From NCBI GenBank assembly GCA_963798255.1, contig CAWCSM010000007.1, positions 364,274-428,273 of the forward strand: a stretch of DNA of 64,000 bases, written 5' to 3'. Below the pieces are notes generated by a model, which ran no database searches, was not told the DNA's origin, and saw only the letters and a program-made list of their open reading frames with translations. Source of the stretch: an uncultured beta proteobacterium. Its GTDB lineage: Bacteria; Pseudomonadota; Gammaproteobacteria; Burkholderiales; Burkholderiaceae_C. The position numbers and the translations under genes were made by a program. Each line of letters starts with the position of its first letter. Within the stretch, counting starts at the first letter, position 1. This document shows positions 17,901 through 26,545 of the stretch, piece by piece.

Positions 17901-19016
17901 TCAATCGAACACCGGCGATTCCACGCCCAGCACCTTGTGCAGTTTCGGGCTGGTGGTGGTGTATTGCAGCAGGATGCGGCGTTCCGGGAAGATGATCGGT
18001 GCGGCGCCGAACGCAGCCAGGGCCGCTTCGTGAAAGCCCGACAGGATCAGCTTCTTCTTGCCCGGGTAGGTGTTGATGTCGCCGACCGCGAAGATGCCCG
18101 GCACGCTGCTCTCGAACTTCTCGGTATCGACGACGATCTGCTTGCGTTCGATGCCCAGGCCCCACTGGGCGATCGGGCCCAGCTTCGGGCTCAGGCCGAA
18201 GAACACCAGCAGCATGTCCAGCGGCACCTGGCGCGTGACGCCATCGCCGCCGGTCACTTTCAGCGACACCAGCTTGCCGTCGCGTTCCTCGATGCCGGTG
18301 GCCTGGCCGACGATGAACTGCATCTCGAGGGCATCGCACAGGTCCTTCATGCGACCGACCGATGCGGGTGCGGCGCGAAAGCCGTCGCGGCGGTGCATCA
18401 GGATCACGCTTTCGGCGCGGTTCGGCCCTTCCTGCACGAAGTTCAACGCCCAGTCGAGTGCCGAATCGCCGCCGCCGATGATGACCAGGTTCTTGCCAGC
18501 GAATTGCGACGGGTCGCGCACGCGGTAGAAAAGCTGGCTGTCGGTGTACTTGTCGAGGCCTTCGAGCTTCAGCAGCCGCGGCTGGAACGAGCCCACCCCA
18601 CCGGCGATGAAAACCGTGCGCGTGAGGAACGCTGTGCCCTTGCTGGTGCGCACGAAGAAGCGGCCATCGTCCTGGCGCGCGACCTCGGTCACTTCCTGGC
18701 CGAGATGGAAGGTGGCGCCGAAAGGCTCGATCTGCTTGAGCAGGTTGTCGGTGAGTTCCTTGCCGGTGCACATCGGCACCGCCGGGATGTCGTAGATCGG
18801 CTTGTCGGGGTACAGCTCGATGCACTGGCCGCCAGGGTAGGCGAGCGAATCGATGATGTGGGCCTTGATCTCGAGCAGCCCGAGCTCGAACACCTGGAAC
18901 AGCCCGACCGGGCCGGCACCGACGATCAGCGCATCGGTTTCGATGGGGCCGGCAGGCGCTGCGGTTGTTCCGGCTTCTGCGCGTTGGGCGTGTGCAGGGG
19001 AATCGTTCAGGTTCAT
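17901..19016 (-). CDS. Thioredoxin-reductase-fold ferredoxin-NADP+ reductase (YumC-like)
   Basis: GAGPVG FAD motif, [25 protein letters not shown] and [10 protein letters not shown]. No CxxC motif. Confidence 0.85.
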   Translation of the reverse strand: MNLNDSPAHAQRAEAGTTAAPAGPIETDALIVGAGPVGLFQVFELGLLEIKAHIIDSLAYPGGQCIELYPDKPIYDIPAVPMCTGKELTDNLLKQIEPFGATFHLGQEVTEVARQDDGRFFVRTSKGTAFLTRTVFIAGGVGSFQPRLLKLEGLDKYTDSQLFYRVRDPSQFAGKNLVIIGGGDSALDWALNFVQEGPNRAESVILMHRRDGFRAAPASVGRMKDLCDALEMQFIVGQATGIEERDGKLVSLKVTGGDGVTRQVPLDMLLVFFGLSPKLGPIAQWGLGIERKQIVVDTEKFESSVPGIFAVGDINTYPGKKKLILSGFHEAALAAFGAAPIIFPERRILLQYTTTSPKLHKVLGVESPVFD

Positions 19017-19047
19017 GGTAGGTGTCGCGGCCCGCGGCGGCGCGTCG

Positions 19048-19371
19048 TCAGCGGATCAGCTCGGACAGCTTGTCCTTCTTGTCGGCCCAGTCGTCGGCAT
19101 CGGGCGGGGCCGGCTTGCGCTTGGTGATGCTGGGCCAACCGCGTGACAGTTCCGCGTTCAGCTTGATGAAAAGCAGCTGGTCCTGCGGCACGTCCTCTTC
19201 GGGCAGGATGGCGTTCACCGGGCACTCGGGAATGCAAACCGCGCAATCGATGCACTCGTCGGGGTCGATGCTGAGCATGTTCGGCCCCTCGCGAAAACAG
19301 TCCACCGGGCACACATCGACACAGTCGGTGTACTTGCAGCGGATGCACGATTCGAGGACGACGTGGGTCAT
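19048..19371 (-). CDS. fdxA: 7Fe (3Fe-4S/4Fe-4S) ferredoxin, FdxA type
   Basis: [29 protein letters not shown]...[17 protein letters not shown]. Confidence 0.95.
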   Translation of the reverse strand: MTHVVLESCIRCKYTDCVDVCPVDCFREGPNMLSIDPDECIDCAVCIPECPVNAILPEEDVPQDQLLFIKLNAELSRGWPSITKRKPAPPDADDWADKKDKLSELIR

Positions 19372-19474
19372 GAGAAAGGCTCGAGGCGAAGAGGGATGGT
19401 TGCGGTGGGCCGGGCTGCCCACACCTGGCGGACGTGTGCTGGCCAGGGCGCTGTTGCGCCGTCAACCTGGCATT

Positions 19475-20266
19475 TTAGATCGACACGGTGTGCCGGGTTG
19501 GCAGCGGGGTGTCGCGTCGGGTGCTGTGCTCGCCAGAACCTTTCGGCCCCTGCGAGGCGCTCAGGCGCTGCGCCGCCGCCCCCACGGTGACCACCGTCGG
19601 CCGCCCCGCGTGCAGCACGGCCGCCTGCGCCAGCGTGGCCACGCCGTGTTCGCTGTGCAGTTGATCGGGCCAGCCCGCGCGTGAGACCACCGAGGCCGGT
19701 GTGTCGGCGGCCCAGCCGGCGCGCAACAACTGCCGCGACAGCGCAGCCAGTTGCCGGCCGGCCATGTAGAACACCTCGCTGTCGGCATGGCGGCTGGCCT
19801 GCAGTTCGCCGCTGTGTGTCATCGCGGTGCTGAACGCGACGCTGCGCCCGCGCCCGCGCCGCGTCAGCGGGCGCTGGCTGGCGGCCGCGGCAGCCAGCGC
19901 GGCGGTCACGCCGGGCACCACCTCGCAGCCGATGCCGGCCTCGGCGAGGGCTTCGAGTTCCTCTTCGAGTCGGCCGAACAGGCTCGGGTCGCCGCCCTTC
20001 AGACGCACGACACACGTGTGCTTGCGCGCGGCAGCGACGAGCATGGCATTGATCGATTCTTGTTTTTGCGCATGGACGAAACCGCGCTTGCCGACATCGA
20101 TCCAGCGGGCCTGCGGTGCGAATTCCCGCAAAGCCGGGTCGGTGAGGGCATCGAACAGCACCACATCGGCAAGCGCCAGGGCCTTCACGCCGCGCAGCGT
20201 GATCAGGTCAGCCGATCCGGGGCCGGCGCCGACGAAGATCACACGCCCGGCGTTCACACGATTCAT
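19475..20266 (-). CDS. cobA: Uroporphyrinogen-III C-methyltransferase
   Basis: VGAGPGSADLITLRG, VRLKGGDPSLFGR and VVPGVTAA motifs. Confidence 0.93.
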   Translation of the reverse strand: MNRVNAGRVIFVGAGPGSADLITLRGVKALALADVVLFDALTDPALREFAPQARWIDVGKRGFVHAQKQESINAMLVAAARKHTCVVRLKGGDPSLFGRLEEELEALAEAGIGCEVVPGVTAALAAAAASQRPLTRRGRGRSVAFSTAMTHSGELQASRHADSEVFYMAGRQLAALSRQLLRAGWAADTPASVVSRAGWPDQLHSEHGVATLAQAAVLHAGRPTVVTVGAAAQRLSASQGPKGSGEHSTRRDTPLPTRHTVSI

Positions 20267-20267
20267 G

Positions 20268-21599
20268 TCAACGAACCAGGTTGACCAGCAGCGCGCCGCT
20301 GGTGCGGTTGCTGCTGGTATCGACGACGATCAACGAGCCGGCGACGCGGTTGTGCGCATACGGCTCCAGCGGCAGCGGCTGCTGCAGCTCGATGACGACG
20401 TGGCCGATGTCGTTGACCGCCAGCTGCGTGGCATCGTCGGCGCGCAGGCTGCCGATGTCCAGGCGGTGGCCGATGGAGACGATGCGCGCCTGCACCCAGC
20501 GGTGACCGTGGCGCACCAGATAGCGCCGGCCGATGGCCGCCGGTTCGGTGTCCAGCCAGGCCAGCGTGGCGCCGAAGCGCCGCGCGCCAATCAGGGTGTC
20601 GGGTGCGCCGATCCAGTCGCCGCGCGACATGTCGAGTTGGCGGTCGAGCACCAGCCCCACCGATTGCCCGGCACTGGCGCGGTCGGGTTCACCGTCGGCG
20701 TGCCGTAACTCGGCGACGATGGCACGCTCGCCGCTGGGAAACAGCTGCACCGCATCACCGACCTGCACGCAGCCGTGCGCAATGCGGCCCCAGGCGGTGC
20801 GCATGCGCTGGCCCGCGCCTTCGGCTGCTTCATCGGCGGCGCTGTCGCGGGCCACGTACTGCACCGGCAGCAACAGGGGCCCATCGATGCTCTCCTGCGT
20901 GGCCGGCAGCGATTCGAGCAACTGCAACAGCGATGGTCCGTCGTACCACGCCAGCTCGATCGGCGCGCTGACGTTGTCGCCGCGCAGCGCCGACATCGGC
21001 AGCACTGCCGCCACCGCAATGCCGGCCTGGCGCGCGAAATCGAGCAGTGCCGCTCGCACCGCTTCGAAGGCCTGTTGCGGCTCGTCGATCGCGTCGATCT
21101 TGTTGATGGCGAAGACGATGTTCGGCACGCGCAGCAGGTGCACCAGCAACGCATGGCGGCGCGTCTGCGGCAGCAGCGCCAGCGGCGCGGCGCGCCAGTC
21201 GATCTTGGTGATGTCCACCAGCACCACCGCCGCGTCGCTGCCGGCGGCCGCGGTGACCATGTTGCGCGTGTACTGCTCGTGGCCCGGCGCGTCGGCGATG
21301 ATGAACTTGCGCTTCGGCGTGGCGAAGTAGCGCCAGGCGACGTCGATGGTGATGCCCTGCTCGCGCTCGGCCAGCAGGCCGTCGGTCAGCAGCGACAGGT
21401 CGATCGCTGCGCCCTGCGCCTTGTGCTCGAGCATGGCCATCTGGTCGGCGAGGATGGCGCGGCTGTCGAATAGCAGCCGGCCGATCAAGGTGCTCTTGCC
21501 GTCGTCGACACTGCCGGCGGTGAGGAAACGCAGCGCGCGTTGCCGTGCCAGCTGGTCACCGCCAGCGAGGGCCGATTCCTGTCGCAGCAAGGCATTCAT
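20268..21599 (-). CDS. cysN: Sulfate adenylyltransferase subunit 1
   Basis: TAGSVDDGKSTLIGRLL, REQGITIDVAWRYF, IADAPGHEQYTRNM and NKID. The ATG overlaps the cysD stop. Confidence 0.94.
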   Translation of the reverse strand: MNALLRQESALAGGDQLARQRALRFLTAGSVDDGKSTLIGRLLFDSRAILADQMAMLEHKAQGAAIDLSLLTDGLLAEREQGITIDVAWRYFATPKRKFIIADAPGHEQYTRNMVTAAAGSDAAVVLVDITKIDWRAAPLALLPQTRRHALLVHLLRVPNIVFAINKIDAIDEPQQAFEAVRAALLDFARQAGIAVAAVLPMSALRGDNVSAPIELAWYDGPSLLQLLESLPATQESIDGPLLLPVQYVARDSAADEAAEGAGQRMRTAWGRIAHGCVQVGDAVQLFPSGERAIVAELRHADGEPDRASAGQSVGLVLDRQLDMSRGDWIGAPDTLIGARRFGATLAWLDTEPAAIGRRYLVRHGHRWVQARIVSIGHRLDIGSLRADDATQLAVNDIGHVVIELQQPLPLEPYAHNRVAGSLIVVDTSSNRTSGALLVNLVR

Positions 21600-22558
21600 C
21601 AGAAGTACCCCTCGGTCTTGCGCTGTTCCATGGCCACATCCGATGCACGATCGTCCATGCGCGTGGCGCCGCGTTCGGACACCGTCAGGTTCAGCGTCTC
21701 GGCGACGATGTCGATCGCCGTCTGCGCATCGCTTTCGACCGGGCAGGTGCAGCTCATGTCGCCGACCGTGCGAAAGCGCACCTGCAATGCCTCGGAGCGC
21801 TCGCCGTCGCGCAGCGGTGCCAGCTCGCTCACCGGCACCAGCAGGCCCTTGCGGCGCACGACCTCGCGCGGGTGGGCGAAGTACAGCGCGGGCAGCGGAA
21901 TGTTCTCGCGCGCCAGGTACAACCACACGTCGAGCTCGGTCCAGTTGCTGATCGGGAACGAGCGGAAGTTCTCGCCCGGCTGGATGCGGGTGTTGAACAG
22001 CGTCCACAACTCGGGCCGCTGCTGCTTGGGCAGCCACTGGCCGAAGCTGTCTCGGTGGCTGAAGATGCGTTCCTTGGCGCGCGACTTCTCCTCGTCGCGC
22101 CGCGCACCGCCGATCAGGCAGTCGAAGCGGTGCTGTTCGATGGCTTCCAGCAGCGCCACCGTCTGGTGGCCGTTGCGCGATTCGAGCGGATGCGCCAGGC
22201 GCACCGAACCGCGCGCGATCGAGTCTTCCAGGTTGGCGACGATCAAGCGCTCGCCGGTCTGCGCGACACGCTGGTCGCGAAAGGCGATCACTTCGGGGAA
22301 GTTGTGGCCGGTGTCGACGTGCAGCAGCGGAAACGGCAGGCGGCCGCTGAACCGGCTGCCGCCGACACGGGTCTTGAAAGCCTTCTCGGCCAGCCGCAGC
22401 AACACGCAGGAATCCTTGCCGGCCGAAAAGAGCAGGGCAGGGCGCTCGAAGCTGGCCGCCACCTCGCGCAGGATGAAGATCGCTTCTTCCTCCAGCCAAT
22501 CGAGATGGTGATGGTCGAGGTCCGGCAGTAGCGCCGCGGCGGTGACCGGGGCGTTCAT
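21599..22558 (-). CDS. cysD: Sulfate adenylyltransferase subunit 2
   Basis: LEEEAIFILREV, SAGKDS, HVDTGHNFPEV, GGARRDEEKSRAKER and RFRTVGD. Confidence 0.95.
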   Translation of the reverse strand: MNAPVTAAALLPDLDHHHLDWLEEEAIFILREVAASFERPALLFSAGKDSCVLLRLAEKAFKTRVGGSRFSGRLPFPLLHVDTGHNFPEVIAFRDQRVAQTGERLIVANLEDSIARGSVRLAHPLESRNGHQTVALLEAIEQHRFDCLIGGARRDEEKSRAKERIFSHRDSFGQWLPKQQRPELWTLFNTRIQPGENFRSFPISNWTELDVWLYLARENIPLPALYFAHPREVVRRKGLLVPVSELAPLRDGERSEALQVRFRTVGDMSCTCPVESDAQTAIDIVAETLNLTVSERGATRMDDRASDVAMEQRKTEGYF

Positions 22559-23313
22559 GCGGCCACCTCGGTGCGCGTGACATGCAAGCCGCATTCCTTT
22601 GCGTCCTCGGCCTCCCACCACCAGCGGCCGGCACGGAAGTCTTCGCCGACGGCGATGGCGCGCGTGCAGGGCACGCAACCGATGCTGGGAAAGAACTGGT
22701 CGTGCAGGTCGTTGTAGGGCACGTCGTGGTCGTCGATGTAGTGCCACACGTCGTGCCAGCTCCACTCGACCAGCGGGTTGAGCTTGATGCGACCCGCCTC
22801 ATCGGGCTGCTGCACATCCAGGTTGCCGCGTTGCGGCGATTGCTCACGCCGCAAGCCGGTGACCCAGGCCGTGCGGTCGGCCAGCAGGCGCGCCAGCGGC
22901 TCGAGCTTGCGCATGCCGCAGCAGGCCTTGCGCAGGTCGATGCTGCGGACCATCGCCTGTTCGCCGTGCTCGCGCACGAAATGCAGCACCGCATCGCGCT
23001 GCGGCGCATGGCGCTCGATCGGCAGCGCATAGCGGCGCTCGATGCGCGACATCAGCGCATGCGTTTCGGGGTGCAGCATGCCGGTGTCGAGCGTGGCGAT
23101 GGCGATCGGCAGGCGACGACGGGCGATCAGGTCGGTCAGCACCATGTCCTCGGCGCCCAGGCTGGTGGCCTGCACGATGCGCTGGGGGTGCTGCCTTGAA
23201 GCTTCTTCCAGCAGCGCGAGCGTCTGCGCCAAGCGCTGCTCGTAGCCTTCGGAAGGACGCGCGTACAGGTCGATGGCGGCCGAGCGCCCCGCCGCGCGGG
23301 TGGCAGGCTTCAT
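22555..23313 (-). CDS. cysH: APS/PAPS reductase (Fe-S, APS-reductase type)
   Basis: TSLGAED, LDTG, ACCGMRKLEPL, TGLRREQS, SIGCVPCT and ECGLH. The CC and CxxC cluster ligands are present. Confidence 0.93.
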   Translation of the reverse strand: MKPATRAAGRSAAIDLYARPSEGYEQRLAQTLALLEEASRQHPQRIVQATSLGAEDMVLTDLIARRRLPIAIATLDTGMLHPETHALMSRIERRYALPIERHAPQRDAVLHFVREHGEQAMVRSIDLRKACCGMRKLEPLARLLADRTAWVTGLRREQSPQRGNLDVQQPDEAGRIKLNPLVEWSWHDVWHYIDDHDVPYNDLHDQFFPSIGCVPCTRAIAVGEDFRAGRWWWEAEDAKECGLHVTRTEVAA

Positions 23314-23798
23314 GCGGCGTGCCGCGCGAACAGCGGGCGGGGTTGCACGAGGTCACCCTGATAGTGGCCGCCGAAGAAGCCGAGCGCTCGTTCGGCCACC
23401 TCCTGCTTCTGGTCGGCGCGCAACTGCACGGCGTCGACGCCGCAACGCTGCAGCAGCGGCATCATGTCGGCAAGCACCTCACCGCGCGCGCGAATCTCGC
23501 CCTTGAAGCCGAAACGAGAACGCAGCAGCCGCGCTTGCGAATAGGCGCGACCATCGGTCCACTTCGGAAACTGCAGCACCAGCAAGCCCAGCGCGCACGG
23601 TGTCGTGCGCAGATCGTCGGCAAGCAACGCGGGGTCGAGCGTGTTGTCGAGCAACAAGCCCACCGGCACGTCGGCCGGCCAGGTAGTCCGCGCGGCCTGC
23701 CACTGTTCCCAGCTCAGCAAGCTGTGTGCTGCGGGCACCGGCGCGGTGTCGCCTGCAGTGGCGCGCCAGGGGTCGTTGTCGCTGTCGATGAACTTCAT
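23310..23798 (-). CDS. DUF934 family protein (sulfite-reductase associated)
   Basis: LQFPKWTDGRAYSQARLLRSRFGFKGEIRARGEVLAD, located between cysI and cysH. Confidence 0.88.
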   Translation of the reverse strand: MKFIDSDNDPWRATAGDTAPVPAAHSLLSWEQWQAARTTWPADVPVGLLLDNTLDPALLADDLRTTPCALGLLVLQFPKWTDGRAYSQARLLRSRFGFKGEIRARGEVLADMMPLLQRCGVDAVQLRADQKQEVAERALGFFGGHYQGDLVQPRPLFARHAA

Positions 23799-23805
23799 GG
23801 CGGGC

Positions 23806-25512
23806 TCAGGCGGGAATGGCTGCCGCGGTCGCGCGGCGCACCGCGTCGGCAGCGGCACGGAAGGCAGCGGGGCCGATGCGCCGGCTGGTGTCGATGAAGC
23901 GCTCGCTGCCCTGGCGCTGTTCGCGGTAGGTGTCGATCAGCGCTTCGATCACGTCGGGCACCTCGTCGGCCGCAAACGACGGGCCGATGACCTTGCCCGG
24001 CGCCGATGCGCCGCTGTGGGTGCTGCCGTCGGAGCCGGCAACGGTGATCTGGTACCACTCGGCGCCGTCCTTGTCCACGCCGAGGATGCCGATGTGCCCG
24101 CTGTGGTGGTGGCCGCAGGAGTTGATGCAGCCGCTGATGTGCAGGTCGATGTCGCCGATGTCGTGCAGCAGGTCGAGGTCGTCGAAGCGCTCGGTGATGG
24201 CCGCGGCGATCGGAATCGAGCGGGCGTTGGCGAGTGCGCAGAAGTCACCGCCGGGGCAGGCGATCATGTCGGTCAGCTGGCCGATGTTCGGCGTGGCGAA
24301 ACCGGCTTCGCGCGCTTCCAGCCACAGCGCGTGCAGGTCGTTCTGATGCACCCACGGCAGCAGCAGATTCTGCTGGTGCGTGACGCGCAGTTCGCCCTGG
24401 CTGAAACGGGTGGCCAGGTGCGCGGCCGCATCCATCTGGTCGGCGCTGGCATCGCCCGGCGGCTGGCCGGCGCGTTTCAGCGACAGCGTCACCGCGCGGT
24501 ACGCCGGCAGCTTGTGGGCGCGCACGTTGCGCTCGAGCCAGCGGCTGTAGGCCACCGGCTTGTCGCACGGGTTGGCGTGGTGGCTGTACGGCACGCCCGC
24601 GCTGACTCCCTCGGGCAGCGTGAAGCAGGCGGCGACGCGGTCCAGTTCTGCCTGCGGAATGATGTGCGCCGAGCCGGCGGCGTCGTGCGTCAGGAGGTAG
24701 TCGAACTCGGCCTGCACCGCATCGACGAACTTCTGGCCCTCGGACTTGACCAGGATCTTGATGCGCGCCTTGTACAGGTTGTCGCGCCGGCCGAGCCGGT
24801 TGTACACGCGCACGATGGCCTCGATGAAGACCAGGATCTGCTGCCACGGCACGAACTCGGCAATCTCGCTGCCGATCACCGGCGTGCGGCCCATGCCACC
24901 GCCGACCAGCACCTTGAAGCCGACCTCGCCGGCATCGTTCTTCAGCAACTGCAGGCCGATGTCGTGCCAGGCGATGGCGGCACGGTCCTCGCGCGCGCCG
25001 GTGACGGCAATCTTGAACTTGCGCGGCAGGTGGGCGAATTCCGGGTGCAGCGTGCTCCACTGGCGCAGGATTTCGCAGTAAGGGCGCGGATCGACCACCT
25101 CGTCCGGCGCGATGCCGGCGAGCGCGTCGCTGGTGATGTTGCGGATGCAGTTGCCGCTGGTCTGGATGCCGTGCATGTCCACCTCGGCCAGCAGATCCAT
25201 GACGTCGGCGGCGCGGTCGAGCGATATCCAGTTGTATTGCAGGTTCTGGCGCGTCGTGAAATGGCCGTAGTCGCGGTCGAACTCGCGTGCGATGCGCGCC
25301 AGCTGGTGCAACTGGCGGCTGCTCAGCTCGCCATAGGGCACAGCCACGCGCAGCATCGGGGCGTGGCGTTGCACGTACCAGCCGTTTTGCAGGCGCAGCG
25401 CCTTGAAATCGTCCTCGGCCAATTCGCCGCCCAGGTGGCGCTGCAGCTGGTCGCGAAACTGCGCGGCCCGTGCGCGGACGAAGGAACGATCGAATTCGGT
25501 GTAGCTGTACAT
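23806..25512 (-). CDS. cysI: Sulfite reductase hemoprotein (nitrite/sulfite reductase)
   Basis: MYSYTEFDR start, RLQNG, HFTTRQNLQ, TSGNCIRN, PRKFKIA, ACPGGDFC and SGCINSCG. Confidence 0.94.
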   Translation of the reverse strand: MYSYTEFDRSFVRARAAQFRDQLQRHLGGELAEDDFKALRLQNGWYVQRHAPMLRVAVPYGELSSRQLHQLARIAREFDRDYGHFTTRQNLQYNWISLDRAADVMDLLAEVDMHGIQTSGNCIRNITSDALAGIAPDEVVDPRPYCEILRQWSTLHPEFAHLPRKFKIAVTGAREDRAAIAWHDIGLQLLKNDAGEVGFKVLVGGGMGRTPVIGSEIAEFVPWQQILVFIEAIVRVYNRLGRRDNLYKARIKILVKSEGQKFVDAVQAEFDYLLTHDAAGSAHIIPQAELDRVAACFTLPEGVSAGVPYSHHANPCDKPVAYSRWLERNVRAHKLPAYRAVTLSLKRAGQPPGDASADQMDAAAHLATRFSQGELRVTHQQNLLLPWVHQNDLHALWLEAREAGFATPNIGQLTDMIACPGGDFCALANARSIPIAAAITERFDDLDLLHDIGDIDLHISGCINSCGHHHSGHIGILGVDKDGAEWYQITVAGSDGSTHSGASAPGKVIGPSFAADEVPDVIEALIDTYREQRQGSERFIDTSRRIGPAAFRAAADAVRRATAAAIPA

Positions 25513-25572
25513 GAGTGGCCCACTGGTGCACTGAGCCCGCAGGCCCGTATCAGGGTTGCACTCTATGCAGGC

Positions 25573-25613
25573 TGCTTATGCTTGAAAACTACATAAAAGT
25601 GGAATGCTTATGC
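25573..25613. promoter_or_regulatory. Candidate LysR (CysB-like) operator upstream of cysI
   Basis: TGCTTATGC direct repeat at 25573 and 25605 (32-bp period), plus the inverted repeat TTATG-N11-CATAA (25576-25596) in an AT-rich patch. Confidence 0.5.
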
Positions 25614-25644
25614 AGAAAGGGCCTGTCAACGGTCGCCGTCGCGC

Positions 25645-25673
25645 AAAAGAAAAGGCCCGGTCGAAACCGGGCC
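25645..25673 (-). terminator. Intrinsic terminator of the phaP transcript / candidate sRNA
   Basis: Minus strand GGCCCGGT-TTCG-ACCGGGCC-TTTTCTTTT, i.e. a UUCG tetraloop stem plus a U-tract. Confidence 0.9.
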
Positions 25674-25795
25674 CGAAGATACCTTGAGAGGGGGTGTCAG
25701 AAGGTATCGAGGAGACAACCATCCACATTGCCGCCAGGCCAGGCCCGACGACTTCCATGTGATTGGCAATCCCGTTCGAAAGTTCAATCACCCCC
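25645..25795 (-). ncRNA. Candidate phaP 3'UTR-derived CU-rich (anti-SD) small RNA
   Basis: Three consecutive stems: GUGAUUG/CAAUCAC; GAUACCUU/AAGGUAUC with a C-rich loop CUGACACCCCCUCUC; and the terminator. Single-stranded AUGGUUGUCUCCU abuts the middle stem and is complementary to the aceE RBS and start. Confidence 0.6.
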
Positions 25796-25833
25796 AGCAG
25801 ACCCGTCACAGGGGCGGGCCGGCCAGCGCACGA

Positions 25834-26382
25834 TCAGGCGCGGCGCGCCTTGCTGGCGGCTTGCGACGCCTTCACGGCCGTGCTGGTGACGGCCTGGAAG
25901 TTGGCTTCGGCCACGTCGGCGGCCTGCTTCGACGCCTTGCTCACGCTTTCATAGGCGTTGTTGGCGGCGGCCATCGCCGACTTCACCAGCGCCACGGCGT
26001 TCTCGCTGCCGGCGGGTGCGTTCTTCATCGCCGTGTCCACGGCGGCGGCGAACTTCTTCTGCGCTTCGGCGACTTGCGCTTCGGCGACCTTGGTCACTTC
26101 GGCGTTGGTCGAGGCGGCGATGTCATAGACATGGCGGCTGTAGGCGGCGGCCTTCTCGGCGGTCGGCTGCAGCATCGACGCTTGCAGCGCCAGCAGTTCC
26201 TGCGCGTCCTTCACCGACAGCGCGGCGCGGGTGTTGTCGGCGGCTTCGGTCCAGGCGGCCTTGGCCACCTGCATGTTCAGCTCGACGAGCTTCTCTACGC
26301 CTTCGAATGCCTTGTTGGTCAGGCCGAAGAGGGTTTCGACGTTGGCCTTGTGGGCGGCCATAACTTGTTCAGCGGTCATCAT
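25834..26382 (-). CDS. phaP: Phasin (PHA granule-associated protein)
   Basis: [35 protein letters not shown]...[34 protein letters not shown], the betaproteobacterial PhaP1 type. Confidence 0.93.
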   Translation of the reverse strand: MMTAEQVMAAHKANVETLFGLTNKAFEGVEKLVELNMQVAKAAWTEAADNTRAALSVKDAQELLALQASMLQPTAEKAAAYSRHVYDIAASTNAEVTKVAEAQVAEAQKKFAAAVDTAMKNAPAGSENAVALVKSAMAAANNAYESVSKASKQAADVAEANFQAVTSTAVKASQAASKARRA

Positions 26383-26412
26383 GTTTCAATCTCCTGGGTT
26401 GGGTCTAGAGCG

Positions 26413-26503
26413 TTTGCTGCACTGTATTGCTGCACTGCAACATGAAACGGATTCTAAAGACTCGCTCGGGCATTGCAAGCACTATTTGCTGCATTGCAGC
26501 AAA
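26413..26503. promoter_or_regulatory. PhaR-type operator boxes upstream of phaP
   Basis: Palindrome TTTGCTGC-ATT-GCAGCAAA (26485-26503) and tandem TTGCTGCACTG x2 (26414, 26427). TGC-N3-GCA-rich boxes are the known PhaR-site type. Confidence 0.7.
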
Positions 26504-26545
26504 GTAGAGTCGAAACCCTACGCGGCGCTCGAGCCCGGCTTTTCC

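Noticed and set aside
20268-23030. 920-aa ORF suggesting a giant CysN fusion
   Set aside because: Only the part from ATG 21599 is CysN. The upstream part is an alternative frame over cysD and cysH, which are complete in their own frames.
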